Source of the DNA: a virus
Reading direction: 5' to 3' (one strand)
DNA length: 64,000 bases
IMG/VR virus record: IMGVR_UViG_3300020229_000001
Location: 30,386 to 94,385 of that record
Below, piece by piece: positions 17,873 to 28,342 of the stretch. Each line of letters opens with the position of its first letter. Positions within the stretch are counted from its first letter, which is position 1. Both the position numbers and the translations under genes were made by a program. The notes under the pieces were generated by a model that saw nothing but the letters and a program-made list of their open reading frames with translations, did not search any database and was not told the DNA's origin.

Positions 17873-20800
17873 CTAGAACATTACGCAATCGGTTCCATCT
17901 CCGTATGTTATGTTGTTTATCTGCGGAGGTTGCATGGCATGCCCGTCCATTGAATCGCTTTCGCTGCGCAAATACATAACGGATGCCTGCCAATACTTTT
18001 GCGCTTGATCAAGAAAGTCTTTGTCTTCCAAATCAACCGCATGAACGCCAGCAATAATTGCGCGGGCGTTTTCAAGCGGAATGTAGTCGTAAACACTCGT
18101 GATTTCAGGGCACTTTACGCGATAAATCAAGCGAACCCACGCGGATTGCTGGCCAATGCGAATGCGCCGATACTTTGGGTTGGTCTCGGACGGGTGATAC
18201 TGCCCGATCAGCGCCATATCGTTTGAGCGCCCATAATCAAAAGCGTAGAGCGAAACATAGCCAATCGTTAGTGGCTTTTCAATGTGTTGCACTGACTTCA
18301 CTAAAATTGGATCAAGGATGGAATCGATGTAGAAAATGGAATCGATAGTGTCCCCAGTGCTCAGAAAGTCTATTCTTCCAGTGATGCTGGATGTTGTGGT
18401 TGCATGTGGCTTGGTGTCATACAGCTCCACAAAATTATCTCCAATAGCCCGGGCGTAATAAGTCGAAGAGTCAGACAATGGAACGGGAAGCGTGTCGCCC
18501 TGATTTGCCCGAACCAGAACTTGATCCCCCGTGTTTAAAATAGAATTTCCTGCAATTACTGCCGTGGATGGCTCGACTGTAAAATCGCGAGAAATATCAA
18601 GCGACAAATACCCCTCGCCAAGATTAGTAAAAACAATCGGCGTTCCGTTTTGTAAGGTTATTGAAACTTTTCCCTTTATTACAGACAACAAGTATACAGT
18701 CGATGCACTCAAAGGCGCAGGCAATACTCCCGTGGTTGAAGAAAACTTCACCCTCATGCCCGATAACAGGTAAGTCAAGTACGATGGGATAATTTCGTTG
18801 TTTGCAACTATTCCACCACTGCGAGCGCCATAAGCGTAATACGCTTGCCCAGCTCCAAGTTCTTGGACTTGCAATAAGACAGTGGCACCAGAATCCGTGT
18901 AAACTCCTGCGCTAAAATTACTTACTGCCTTTAGGTAATACGTTTGCGCTACACTTGATGGTGGTGAAGTTATTGGCAACTCGTAATCTGTTTGCAACCT
19001 TACTGGAAGGACAGTGGTGATTGCAGAAAAGTCTCCATTCCAATAATTAGTAAATCCAATCGCGAATGTTCTGGAAATAACCAAGTACAAAGTGCCACTT
19101 CCAGTTGACGTTACGTTTACGTCCGTAAAATCAGCATTTTTGACGGTGAACGAGTTTCCAGAAGACGGATTTTCAGCCCGATACGACTGCCCCTGCACGA
19201 GAGGAATCGGAAGCGTTCCAGTGGACGAGAATTGAATAAAAACACCAGTGGACGGCAACACGGAAACCGTAGGCGCTGTAGTATATCCTGTGCCTTCAGT
19301 AACGACATTTACATTTGTCACAACGCCAGTGTATTCAAACGAGAATGTTGCCCCTCCTCCCCCTGCGGGAGAGAAAGAAATTTGCGGGTTACTGTAGCCG
19401 TATCCGTAATTAGTGATTGTTATTCCCGTGATCTTTCCAGCGGAGACGGCGACTGACGCAGTTGCGCCAGTTCCAGTTCCGCTAGATCCGTCCGTGATGA
19501 GAGCGGTCAAAGAAGACGAATATCCAGAACCCTGCGTAAGTACGTTAATTTTACCGATCCCAAATTGATCCAGCACCGCAGTTGCGCTAGCGCCTGTTCC
19601 GCCTCCGCCAGAGATGTTGACGGCAGGGACGTTCTGGTATCCAGATCCGCCATTTTCAACAACGTACTCGGATACAAATGACGTTGTGATGGTGCTAGAT
19701 GCCGTTGCCGTTTTAGGAAGGCTGCTTGAGAACGTAATTGCGGGCGTTGAGCCTCCTGTCATCACGCTAATCGACGTTATTGTCACCCCCGTTGGAGGCG
19801 TAATTACAATTGTATCGTTGGATGTTGGAGAAACGGCGGCGGAATAACCTCCAACCGTAATTAAAGGAGCCAAACCAGCGGCAACTGTGGAAACGGACGG
19901 GGCAGCGGGGGTATTGGTAAATGTAGCAGACAACAAATTTGTAGCTAACCCATTGACTGTAAGTGAAGTTACGGTTGCGTTTTGTACGCCCGGGCTAGCA
20001 ATTGTGAGCTGCGGCTTTAGCTGCTGCGGGGCGCTAATGGTCACTCGTGGCGGATACAGGTAGCCCTGTCCTGACGAAGTGATGTTAATCCCGTTTACAG
20101 AACCCGTAATAGAGTTTACGGACAAAGAAGCCGCTGCATCCGATCCATATGGCAAAAGTGTAACTCCAGTGATTGTGCCGCTTCCATTGAGAACCAAGGA
20201 CGCTTTTGCGTGGAATCCGCCAGTCGAAAGACCACCAATAAAAACAACCTTTGGTAAATTTGCGACCGTGTAGCCCAATCCGCCGCTGTTAATTTGTATT
20301 GAAGCCACATAACTAAATCCAGTGGCTACGTCAGTGCCAAGGATTGCTTGGAGCGATGCCGCTGTCGTATATGTGCCGCCCACAAGAGACAAATTTGGAG
20401 CGGCTGCGTACTTGTATCCTCCAATGTCTGAAATTGTGGCCGTTGCCGTTGTGTAGCCTGCGCCCCCAGTCACCAACGTCATCAACGTGATTGGCCCGGA
20501 AACGCGAGCTGTGATAAGAGCACCTGACCCAGTTGCAGGCGGAAGCGTCAAACCAGAAACGGAAATGTTATTTTTAGTTCCGGGCGATGCTGTTGCCGTT
20601 AAAAGTTTAGCAATACTGTTCTGGCCAGACCCCGCCGTAGTCAACGCAATTGGGCTAGACCCACTCAGTGCATCCGAGTAACTGTTATGTAATGTAACCG
20701 CTGGAAGTAATTCATCTGGCAACACATACACATAATAATTCTGGCCAATAATTAACGGCTGAGGAAGGGTGCCTCCAGCAGTATTTGCTTGAACTATGTC

Positions 20801-21931
20801 CCCAGAGGAGTAATTTGGGTCGGACGTAAAAACCAATTTAGTTTGAGGACTAAATGGCTTGCGAATGTAAGTCGTCAAGTCGCTCGATGAGCCAGATAAA
20901 TAAATTGGATTTGTAGAATTTTGAGCATCACGGAGCGAAGCGTAAACCTGCAAATTTACAACAGCACTTGATCCAGAGTCAACTTGCTGGGCAAAATAAG
21001 TTGTATTTATTTGCAATGGAACTGGAAGCGGATTTGCCCCACGAATTGCAAATGTAACTTCGTTGGGAGAGTCAATCGGCACTGGAGGAACGCCATCTTT
21101 TAGCGTGACAACCGTAGAAAGCTGGGTTGGACGAGAGTCCGTAAGGTTTATCCCAGTTGAGCCAACAATAGACGACATCTTGTACGGGTTTGTCCCGTAT
21201 TGAGCGTCCAACTCGTTGTCGTAAAGCTCAACTTCAGTGCTGGATATCACTCCAGTGTAGTACTTTTGCTTGTCCTCAAGGCCCGCTGGCATTGTGCCTG
21301 TAGCAGTTAGCTGAACAGACTGCCCAGAGGATAGCTGGTGCGGGGTGCTGGAAAGTAGCGTGGTAATTGGATCAACAGCAACTGACCGAGTTGTGATCGT
21401 CACGCCATCGGGCTGGATTGTCCCGTAAGGAAAGTCGCTTTGCGCCCGGACGGTGACCAACAGTCCGTCAACGGTTGTCCCGTCTCCTAATTGCGCCCGC
21501 AATTCGCGGTTGTTGCCGTCGGTTCCAATTACCCGGATAACTTTCCCTGCATCGGCTTCATGTTCAGCAACCGCAACAAGCTGGGACGGCTGACGAATAT
21601 CCATTTGAGTCGCCACCATCCCCCGGTCGTCCCATGCCCACCCGACAGGGTTGTACATGCCCCCTTTGTTGATATTGTACTGAAAAAGCCGCCCCCTAAA
21701 GTACATTGGAGACCCATCAACATTGACTGCCAGAGGTACTTCTATGCCTCTTGGCAGGGTTATTGTCTGCCCGTCCCATCCTGAACATACATCGACCTCA
21801 GCGTTCGTATGAAAATAGTGCCCACTCTGCATGAGCACCTGAACAGCTTGCGTCAATTTCCGGAAAGCCTTGGGTTTGTCTGTGGTCCCGAGGATCTCAA
21901 GAATTTCGTCGATGATTTGGGAGACAAACAT
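17873..21931 (-). CDS. Head-tail adaptor-like protein with a ~1000-aa insertion of beta-rich repeats
   Basis: Helical N- and C-termini flank H.L.SGQ.V...GTLP.PL...YY repeats and A(T/S)A.V..G.ITGI.IT..G.GY repeats; precedes the nozzle gene. Confidence 0.6.
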   Translation of the reverse strand: MFVSQIIDEILEILGTTDKPKAFRKLTQAVQVLMQSGHYFHTNAEVDVCSGWDGQTITLPRGIEVPLAVNVDGSPMYFRGRLFQYNINKGGMYNPVGWAWDDRGMVATQMDIRQPSQLVAVAEHEADAGKVIRVIGTDGNNRELRAQLGDGTTVDGLLVTVRAQSDFPYGTIQPDGVTITTRSVAVDPITTLLSSTPHQLSSGQSVQLTATGTMPAGLEDKQKYYTGVISSTEVELYDNELDAQYGTNPYKMSSIVGSTGINLTDSRPTQLSTVVTLKDGVPPVPIDSPNEVTFAIRGANPLPVPLQINTTYFAQQVDSGSSAVVNLQVYASLRDAQNSTNPIYLSGSSSDLTTYIRKPFSPQTKLVFTSDPNYSSGDIVQANTAGGTLPQPLIIGQNYYVYVLPDELLPAVTLHNSYSDALSGSSPIALTTAGSGQNSIAKLLTATASPGTKNNISVSGLTLPPATGSGALITARVSGPITLMTLVTGGAGYTTATATISDIGGYKYAAAPNLSLVGGTYTTAASLQAILGTDVATGFSYVASIQINSGGLGYTVANLPKVVFIGGLSTGGFHAKASLVLNGSGTITGVTLLPYGSDAAASLSVNSITGSVNGINITSSGQGYLYPPRVTISAPQQLKPQLTIASPGVQNATVTSLTVNGLATNLLSATFTNTPAAPSVSTVAAGLAPLITVGGYSAAVSPTSNDTIVITPPTGVTITSISVMTGGSTPAITFSSSLPKTATASSTITTSFVSEYVVENGGSGYQNVPAVNISGGGGTGASATAVLDQFGIGKINVLTQGSGYSSSLTALITDGSSGTGTGATASVAVSAGKITGITITNYGYGYSNPQISFSPAGGGGATFSFEYTGVVTNVNVVTEGTGYTTAPTVSVLPSTGVFIQFSSTGTLPIPLVQGQSYRAENPSSGNSFTVKNADFTDVNVTSTGSGTLYLVISRTFAIGFTNYWNGDFSAITTVLPVRLQTDYELPITSPPSSVAQTYYLKAVSNFSAGVYTDSGATVLLQVQELGAGQAYYAYGARSGGIVANNEIIPSYLTYLLSGMRVKFSSTTGVLPAPLSASTVYLLSVIKGKVSITLQNGTPIVFTNLGEGYLSLDISRDFTVEPSTAVIAGNSILNTGDQVLVRANQGDTLPVPLSDSSTYYARAIGDNFVELYDTKPHATTTSSITGRIDFLSTGDTIDSIFYIDSILDPILVKSVQHIEKPLTIGYVSLYAFDYGRSNDMALIGQYHPSETNPKYRRIRIGQQSAWVRLIYRVKCPEITSVYDYIPLENARAIIAGVHAVDLEDKDFLDQAQKYWQASVMYLRSESDSMDGHAMQPPQINNITYGDGTDCVMF

Positions 21932-21937
21932 GGGCGA

Positions 21938-22300
21938 TTATCGGGACTTCAAGTTGCCTTCTTCCATCATTGAGCGCAGAAAATCTTCATCTTCGGGAGC
22001 CGCTCCACCGGGAGGCATTTCTCCGCCCATGTCGCCGCCCATGTCAGGAGGCATTTCTCCACCCCCGGGAGGCGCTCCTGCGGCCTGTTGGTTGACCTCT
22101 TTGGCAAGCTGATCGAGGCCGCTGGCCAACTGCATCACAATTTGATGCATGGTATCAAAGGCGGCTTTTGGGAGATTGATCATTACATCCCCGCCGGGTC
22201 CGCCGGGTCCGCCGGGAGGCATTGAGGGATCGCCGCCTCCGTAAGAAGGTGATGGCATGGAGCTTGGGTCGTTAGGAGGCATTGTTTTGTCGGTGGCCAT
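21938..22300 (-). CDS. Pro/Gly/Met-rich hypothetical protein
   Basis: Tightly packed ORF with GG(D/E)M(P/G) repeats around one central helix. Confidence 0.6.
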   Translation of the reverse strand: MATDKTMPPNDPSSMPSPSYGGGDPSMPPGGPGGPGGDVMINLPKAAFDTMHQIVMQLASGLDQLAKEVNQQAAGAPPGGGEMPPDMGGDMGGEMPPGGAAPEDEDFLRSMMEEGNLKSR

Positions 22301-22338
22301 AATGGTTGTGTGTAAAAGTCAAAATTTTCCTAAAAAAA

Positions 22339-23049
22339 TTACCATTGAAGTGGCGTCATGTACAACCAATTCATTCTGGTACATCTGCCCTCGTGCCGAA
22401 TGTAATCTAAGACGTAATCAGGCAACACTATGCCTTCCGGGAGCCTTGGAATTGTCTTATTCCAGTCGTCTACAATGTTGATGATCCTGTGGGTTCGCTG
22501 AAATCTAGCTATCAGCTCGTTTGTGACGCCCATCCTAAAACAATCGTGCATTTCTACAGTGATTGTAGCCCTCGATAAGTCCGGGGCTTCTGCCGGGTTT
22601 AGTAAGTCAGCCTCAGCTCCTTCTATATCCACAAAGACCCAAGGGTTATTGCTCCCGGCAAGAGCCGCCTGAAGGCTCTGATTATTGAACTCGTTCCGAA
22701 ACGTGTAATCTGAAATCCCATTCAAGTTACACGACAGCTTGACCTGTTCCAAGCAGGCGGAATCGATGTCCACCATGAGCAAGTTTGTGCTTGGGCTTCT
22801 GAGTTTCACCCCGACTCCATAATAGCCGTCCCCACAACCAATATTGATAAAAAGGTCGTGGTTTTTAGCCAGTTCGGAATTAATGCTTCTGTGGATTGGC
22901 TGCTCAAATGTCCCCAAAAGTTTCACAACGGAATGACCAACTCCGAAATGAGCAATGTCACTCATCTGCATCCCCATAAATGGCCCAGAGATTGCCTTTC
23001 CAAGGCAGGCGGCGTGAATCTTGCGCTCAATGTCTTCCATATTATTCAA
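22339..23049 (-). CDS. Class I SAM-dependent methyltransferase (FkbM-like, probably sugar O-methyltransferase)
   Basis: INIGCGDGYY motif I, MVDID, and an FkbM-like VDIEGAE..VEMHD; adjacent to two glycosyltransferases. Confidence 0.75.
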   Translation of the reverse strand: MNNMEDIERKIHAACLGKAISGPFMGMQMSDIAHFGVGHSVVKLLGTFEQPIHRSINSELAKNHDLFINIGCGDGYYGVGVKLRSPSTNLLMVDIDSACLEQVKLSCNLNGISDYTFRNEFNNQSLQAALAGSNNPWVFVDIEGAEADLLNPAEAPDLSRATITVEMHDCFRMGVTNELIARFQRTHRIINIVDDWNKTIPRLPEGIVLPDYVLDYIRHEGRCTRMNWLYMTPLQW

Positions 23050-23935
23050 TTAATTTTACCCAAGGTTCGATGCGGTTACTCCAGTCAAAATTTTCCCTAG
23101 CGTACTGCTGAGACCGCTCGCAGGTTTCTTTGTAGATTATCGGGTCTTGGTGCGCCAGCAAAGCAGCTCTAGCGTCTTTTACCCACTCATCTTCCGGGAG
23201 ACGGCAATTGATGCCAAAATTCCCGTCAAAGTAGCCAACCCCGGCGGAGCACAAAACCAATCGGCCAGCAGCCGCCGCTTCCATCATGGGCAGTCCGCAG
23301 GCTTCATAGCTAGAGGGCAACAAAAGAGCGTCTATCGTCTGGTAGAACGAAGCCATGCACAAATGATGCATGAAATTGTGGTCTTTAAACTCAAGCGGCA
23401 ACCCATCCAGCACCCTTGGGATAAGTTCTTTTCGTTTGCAGTCAACTCCATCAGGACGGTTATGGAACAGCGCCCCGGCGTACCCGGCAATCTTCACTGC
23501 ATTGCCTATAGGCGAGTAGAAAAAGTCAAAATCAATGCCGTTGAGTACGACATCTGGAATTCGCGTCAGCCCAAACTGCTGACTAGACGATACCAGCGAC
23601 TCGTGGACAGCTCCGTAGGCTTTCAGGCCGTCAAACATCTCAGGACCAGCAGCCATGACTGCTTTGTGGATGTCGTCGTCGGCGTGAGCAACCGTAATGA
23701 TCCGCTCTTTTGGAATTCCAAAAGTCTGCATCAAAACAGGAACCTGCGGAGGGTTTGTGTACCAGTACTCAAACTTTTGCCGCAAGTACTCTATCTCAAG
23801 AGCACTGTAGCTCAGATTCCAGTCGAGAATGTGAGAGTAAATACCATGCTCCCACAGCCTTTTAATGAGGGCATTGTGGATTGTTCCAAACGCCCAAGCG
23901 TTCCGCGTAAAAAACAGGACAGAACGGCTATACAT
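23042..23935 (-). CDS. Glycosyltransferase, GT-B (GT4-like)
   Basis: VLNGIDFDFF and FYQTIDALLLPSSYEACGLPMMEAAAAGR (E-x7-E) motifs. Confidence 0.85.
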   Translation of the reverse strand: MYSRSVLFFTRNAWAFGTIHNALIKRLWEHGIYSHILDWNLSYSALEIEYLRQKFEYWYTNPPQVPVLMQTFGIPKERIITVAHADDDIHKAVMAAGPEMFDGLKAYGAVHESLVSSSQQFGLTRIPDVVLNGIDFDFFYSPIGNAVKIAGYAGALFHNRPDGVDCKRKELIPRVLDGLPLEFKDHNFMHHLCMASFYQTIDALLLPSSYEACGLPMMEAAAAGRLVLCSAGVGYFDGNFGINCRLPEDEWVKDARAALLAHQDPIIYKETCERSQQYARENFDWSNRIEPWVKLIE

Positions 23936-25070
23936 ACAGGCTCTTGTAATCCAACCCGAGCGAAGTCAATGGTCTGTCGTGCAACTCGTACCAGCCTTTG
24001 CCGTGCATTACGTCCGAGAAATCGGCAAACGCCCGTTCAAACTTGGGGCGCACCGCATCGAGCGAGAAATTGTCCTGAGCAAAACGAATCATTCGGTCCC
24101 GGTTAATAGTTGGAACAAGCCTAATGGCCCGGAGGATATCTCCCATTGTGTTGCACCTAAATCCATTCACGCCATCAACGATATATTCTGTCATTGCCCC
24201 CGAGTCAGTACAGACCGGGACACAGCCCGACAGCATTGATTCAACGGCAGTTCCGCCAAACGGCTCCCAGTATGTTGAGAGGAGGAATGAAAACGATGCC
24301 TCCCCTAGTAGGCGCTTTCGCGTCTCAAGGTCTGCGTATCCAATGTACTCGACGTGATCTGGCCATTTCTCGTACCCCACGTCCCGTGGGCCTCCCTGCC
24401 CGGCCACGACCAGTTTAATGCCAGCCCGGAACGAAGCCTCAATTGCGATATCAACGCCTTTATTTGGGCCGATGCGGCCCAGCGCAACGGCATAAGGCTG
24501 ACGCTCGCTTTTTGCCTCAAAGTCTCGAAGATCAAAATAGTTTGGGACAACACGTCCATACCATTCTGGGTTGCAATAAGCGACAGTTTGCGTCCCGGCA
24601 AAAGCCGCCTTGAGCGGATAGGACTCGTAGCATCTAAATTGAGCAAAAGCGTACCCAGAGCCAATCCCGGGTTCCACGATGATCAGATCGCCGTCTTTGT
24701 TTGCGTCATGCGCGGACTGAGCCGTGCCGCCCCAAAAGCACAAAACAAAGTCTCCCCGTTGCTTTCGAGCGTAGATCTCTTTACCAGCGTTTTCGTTAAA
24801 CGTCTTGTGGGCGTGGTCGTCGATTGAATGTTTAAACAACCCCTTTTTCCAATCGTACCCCCCGTAAGCCTTTTTGAGAGTTTCGTTGTCGGTGACCGTC
24901 ACCTGCTCGTCGGCATCCGTCACAGAGTCTTTGTGGCCGTAGTGAATTGTCTTATAGCCACGTCCCTTGAACATGGTCAGAAACTTACGCACCTTTTGGG
25001 TAAAGGCGCACGCTACATAGTCAGCGTTGGAAATTGTATGTGGAAGTCCAAGGCAATGTATCTGAGTCAT
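23928..25070 (-). CDS. Glycosyltransferase, GT-B (GT4 family)
   Basis: LGRIGPNKGVDIAI and WEPFGGTAVESMLSGCVPVCTDSGAMTEYIVDGVNGF motifs. Confidence 0.9.
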   Translation of the reverse strand: MTQIHCLGLPHTISNADYVACAFTQKVRKFLTMFKGRGYKTIHYGHKDSVTDADEQVTVTDNETLKKAYGGYDWKKGLFKHSIDDHAHKTFNENAGKEIYARKQRGDFVLCFWGGTAQSAHDANKDGDLIIVEPGIGSGYAFAQFRCYESYPLKAAFAGTQTVAYCNPEWYGRVVPNYFDLRDFEAKSERQPYAVALGRIGPNKGVDIAIEASFRAGIKLVVAGQGGPRDVGYEKWPDHVEYIGYADLETRKRLLGEASFSFLLSTYWEPFGGTAVESMLSGCVPVCTDSGAMTEYIVDGVNGFRCNTMGDILRAIRLVPTINRDRMIRFAQDNFSLDAVRPKFERAFADFSDVMHGKGWYELHDRPLTSLGLDYKSLYV

Positions 25071-25333
25071 TTAATAATGTTTACAATCCGGCTGTTGGGT
25101 TCGAGAGCTATGAACTCATGCTCTTGATTGGCTGGAAGATCAATAACTTTACCACACTCTACATCGTCTGTCCAGTTTCCTGCTGTGACTCGTATTTTGC
25201 CCTTAGCCACAATCGTGATGTGAGCAGTTGCGTCATCATGCCTGTGCATGGGAAGAACGTCCCCTACCTCAGGAAAATCGTAAATAGCCCCTTTTAATTT
25301 CCCAAACGCAATTGGGATTGAAGTCACTATCAT
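25067..25333 (-). CDS. Small cupin-fold protein
   Basis: LPMHRH..HITIVAKG..LPANQEHEFIALE cupin pattern. Confidence 0.75.
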   Translation of the reverse strand: MIVTSIPIAFGKLKGAIYDFPEVGDVLPMHRHDDATAHITIVAKGKIRVTAGNWTDDVECGKVIDLPANQEHEFIALEPNSRIVNIIK

Positions 25334-25554
25334 ACCACCGTAGGAGTTGCATCAGTATTAACTGGAGGCTCAACAGGTGGTGCTGGTGGGATTTCAACAA
25401 ATTGAGTGCCATCCCATGTGTGCGTTGATGGAGACACTCCTGCGGGACAATTCACCCAAAAAAACTCAGGTTCCGTAACTGGAAACTGCGCCTCGGATGT
25501 TTGTAAAAAACAATACGGTTGTTCTGCGTATATTGTGGAGATTAATGCGAACAT
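25330..25554 (-). CDS. Small tail-fibre-associated/assembly protein
   Basis: Follows the adhesin; WVNCP..HTWDGTQF..PP pattern is common in such proteins. Confidence 0.5.
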   Translation of the reverse strand: MFALISTIYAEQPYCFLQTSEAQFPVTEPEFFWVNCPAGVSPSTHTWDGTQFVEIPPAPPVEPPVNTDATPTVV

Positions 25555-25559
25555 AATTT

Positions 25560-26600
25560 TTACCATTGAACGATAACTGCACCTTTACCCGCACCGCTGC
25601 CAGCCGCACCAACAGTCACAGAGTTTGAGTAAGTATTGCCTGACGTGACGGCAATCGTATAGGTTGCGTACCCACCTCCTCCACCATCACTCCCTGCACC
25701 GAACTGGGTGGTATCACCAGAACCACCAAATCCAGCTCCTCTACCCGGGAGTGCTATAGGACTATTGGCAATAACGACCATACTTCCATATCCGCCTCCT
25801 CCAATACCACACCCCCCGCCAATATACCCTGATCCCGGGTAACACCCACCCCAAGAGCCATATCCATTACCCCCGCCGCCATACCCGCCGCTTGTACCAG
25901 TGCCATTTGTTTGGGAAACGGTGCCAGAGGATGATCCTGTACCTCCCGTACCAGCCCCCAACCCAACCCCAGCCACAGCAGCCACAGAACCACCGCTTCC
26001 TGTTCCGCCACCGCTAATCCCGCCACCCGCAGTTATTGTAGTTCCCCCGATGGAGCAAGTGGATGCGCCCCCGTTGGTAGACCCACCGCCACCGCCGATC
26101 ACTGTTATCTGGACGCTTGTGACCCCAGTAGGGACAGTCCAAGATTGGTTTGCACCTACCGTATCAAAAATTTTGATCCCGCCGCCGCCGCCGCCGCCGC
26201 TTGCCGAGGAGTTAATCGTGATTGCTCCAGCCCCATTGGTGATCGTTACGTTCGTTCCTGCCGTAATGGTAGCAAGAGTGTATCCAGTGGCGTTACCGAT
26301 TGGGATCTGCCCATTAGCCGGTGTGGCAGTAAGGCCAGTGCCGCCTTTACCAACCGTCACGGTAGCAAGCGTTGCGGCAATCGTTCCACCTTGGGCTTCA
26401 CTCGTAGCGGTCGCAGTAGATCCGGTAACGTCACCGGTCAATATGACGCGAGCGGGATCTTGCACCGCAGCAGACTCCGTTTTAACGTAAAGCCGTCCGG
26501 TGAATTTGTTTTCGGCAAGTTCACCAGCAACCAGTGCCGACGCAAGCGGCGCGGTGGCCGACCCAGCAGTTGAATTTGTTTTTGGAATAAGCGCGGCCAT
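25560..26600 (-). CDS. Gly-rich receptor-binding adhesin / fibre tip
   Basis: N-terminal LVAGELAENKFTGRLYVK (Mtd_N-like adapter) and SWTVPTGVTSVQITVIGGGGG..GAVIVQW Gly-rich domain. Confidence 0.75.
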   Translation of the reverse strand: MAALIPKTNSTAGSATAPLASALVAGELAENKFTGRLYVKTESAAVQDPARVILTGDVTGSTATATSEAQGGTIAATLATVTVGKGGTGLTATPANGQIPIGNATGYTLATITAGTNVTITNGAGAITINSSASGGGGGGGIKIFDTVGANQSWTVPTGVTSVQITVIGGGGGSTNGGASTCSIGGTTITAGGGISGGGTGSGGSVAAVAGVGLGAGTGGTGSSSGTVSQTNGTGTSGGYGGGGNGYGSWGGCYPGSGYIGGGCGIGGGGYGSMVVIANSPIALPGRGAGFGGSGDTTQFGAGSDGGGGGYATYTIAVTSGNTYSNSVTVGAAGSGAGKGAVIVQW

Positions 26601-26602
26601 AA

Positions 26603-27817
26603 TTAGTAAGTCCCAAATGCGGTTTGAGTGAGTACGTTATCACGAACAGACACAGACGTTGTCAAATACAAAGTATTCCCGTCCCATTCTGCGGCGTTGG
26701 CTTGAGGAGAAGCCATCAAAGTTGCAGGCGTTTGAAAATAAAACGGAGCTTGGTTGGCAGAAGCGCCATTTGCCCTAAATGTCTGCGGGCCTGTATATGT
26801 ATTTGCCCCAAGGCTTTGAACTCCTGTCGCTCCATTATAACCTGTCCCGCCTTGATACCCGGTTGCCCCCAGCCCGGTAGCTCCCTGAAAACCCGTCGCG
26901 CCCAGCCCGGTCGCCCCTTGAAAACCCTGAGTCCCAATACCCGTGCTTCCTTGAAGGCCCGTCGCGCCCAGCCCAGTCGCTCCTTGAAAACCCTGAGTCC
27001 CAATACCCGTGCTTCCTTGAAGGCCCGTCGCGCCCAGCCCAGTCGCTCCTTGAAATCCAGCACCTGTACTGCCTTGGTATCCTGTCGCGCCCGGTGATCC
27101 AATTCCAGTAGCGCCCGTAGCCCCAGCGGGTCCGTTGGCTGGCCCTGTGGCCCCTTGATAACCCGTAGCGCCCTGAAATCCAGAGCCTGTACTTCCCTGC
27201 AATCCTACCCCAGTTGCGCCTTGATAACCAGTTGCACCGACTCCAGTTGCGCCAATTCCAGTGCTGCCGCGAAGCCCAGTACTGCCTTGATACCCCGTAC
27301 TTCCGTCGTTGCCAGCAACTCCAATACCTGTGCTGCCCTGATACCCGGTGCTGCCTTGATAACCTGTTGCTCCAGCGCCAGTTGCGCCAATTCCTGTACT
27401 TCCTTGCAACCCTGTACTGCCTTGATACCCGGTACTTCCGTTGTAACCAGTTGCGCCTGACCCAGTTGAGCCACGAAGCCCAACCCCGGTCGCCCCTTGG
27501 TAGCCTGTACTCCCCTGATACCCAGTCGCCCCGATGATGCTTGAAGCTTGAAGCGCCCTGATAAAGTAGCACATCAAGCCCTCGCCTTCATTTCGAGGAA
27601 CCCCAAAAACTGTTGCGCTTTGAGTGGGATCGCAAGTAGTCCAGACCACCTTTCCGCTCACTACGGATTTTTGCACCGTCCCGTACAGTGCCTGCGTTAA
27701 ATTTGAGATCAGGCTCGGGACAGATTCTGCCGATACGCTCGGGTATGGAACCTCCGGGGCGCAGGCGGCGTAGTATGCGGAATTTTGCCCAAATGGACTA
27801 TTGCAATCGCAGCTCAT
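26603..27817 (-). CDS. Collagen-like tail fibre (404 aa)
   Basis: Cys-containing N-terminal anchor, GAT/GST/GYQ repeats (~26820-27535), C-terminus EWDGNT..FGTY. Confidence 0.8.
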   Translation of the reverse strand: MSCDCNSPFGQNSAYYAACAPEVPYPSVSAESVPSLISNLTQALYGTVQKSVVSGKVVWTTCDPTQSATVFGVPRNEGEGLMCYFIRALQASSIIGATGYQGSTGYQGATGVGLRGSTGSGATGYNGSTGYQGSTGLQGSTGIGATGAGATGYQGSTGYQGSTGIGVAGNDGSTGYQGSTGLRGSTGIGATGVGATGYQGATGVGLQGSTGSGFQGATGYQGATGPANGPAGATGATGIGSPGATGYQGSTGAGFQGATGLGATGLQGSTGIGTQGFQGATGLGATGLQGSTGIGTQGFQGATGLGATGFQGATGLGATGYQGGTGYNGATGVQSLGANTYTGPQTFRANGASANQAPFYFQTPATLMASPQANAAEWDGNTLYLTTSVSVRDNVLTQTAFGTY

Positions 27818-27818
27818 G

Positions 27819-28082
27819 TTAATGGTTCTCTCTTTGTTTAAGGGCAGAAACCGCAGTTATGGCGTCTTGCTCGCATGCAGCGTAACGAGCCGCAGAATGC
27901 CATGTCTCATTGCCCGCTGCTGTGTACGTCTGGCCCGGGGACAGCCTCAAGATTCCGCTGGGCGGAAACACTGAGTCCCGAGGAACTGAGGAAACGCTGG
28001 TGCAGGAGGTCTGCGCGACCGTCATCGCCAGCAGAGCGAGCCTTGAGGATTTGATTCTGAACGTCGTCACAATAATTTTCAA
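27819..28082 (-). CDS. Putative o-spanin (Rz1-like lipoprotein)
   Basis: Overlaps the upstream gene in another frame; hydrophobic stretch ending in a Cys ([13 protein letters not shown]). Start uncertain. Confidence 0.45.
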   Translation of the reverse strand: MKIIVTTFRIKSSRLALLAMTVAQTSCTSVSSVPRDSVFPPSGILRLSPGQTYTAAGNETWHSAARYAACEQDAITAVSALKQRENH

Positions 28083-28173
28083 TGTCTCGTTCCAGCTCCC
28101 ATTTGGCCCGGACCGATTTGATGTTTAGGAAAGCCTCAAGAGACTTTAGGATCGACAGGAGCAGCGGTAGCAT
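27907..28173 (-). CDS. Putative i-spanin (Rz-like)
   Basis: N-terminal hydrophobic helix followed by a coiled coil; directly after the holin. Confidence 0.45.
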   Translation of the reverse strand: MLPLLLSILKSLEAFLNIKSVRAKWELERDIENYCDDVQNQILKARSAGDDGRADLLHQRFLSSSGLSVSAQRNLEAVPGPDVHSSGQ

Positions 28174-28342
28174 TGGTCTTTTCCTTGCGAACGACGTTAA
28201 TGACGCCCATTAGCGCCAACCCGGCAGAAATGATGGACTCCGCGAGGTCTGGGCGTAACTTAACTCCGAGACCAGTGATTAGAGAGATGACTCCACGCCA
28301 AGTGGATGGCTCGTTAAGTCGTTCAGTGATGTATTGAATCAT
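28136..28342 (-). CDS. Holin
   Basis: 68 aa, RLNEPSTWRG motif, two TM segments, basic C-terminus, next to the endolysin. Confidence 0.8.
   Translation of the reverse strand: MIQYITERLNEPSTWRGVISLITGLGVKLRPDLAESIISAGLALMGVINVVRKEKTNATAAPVDPKVS

Noticed and set aside
23147-24106. 319-aa plus-strand ORF and other antisense ORFs (e.g. 44875-45690, 52507-53322)
   Set aside because: They overlap well-supported minus-strand genes and show no recognisable motifs.
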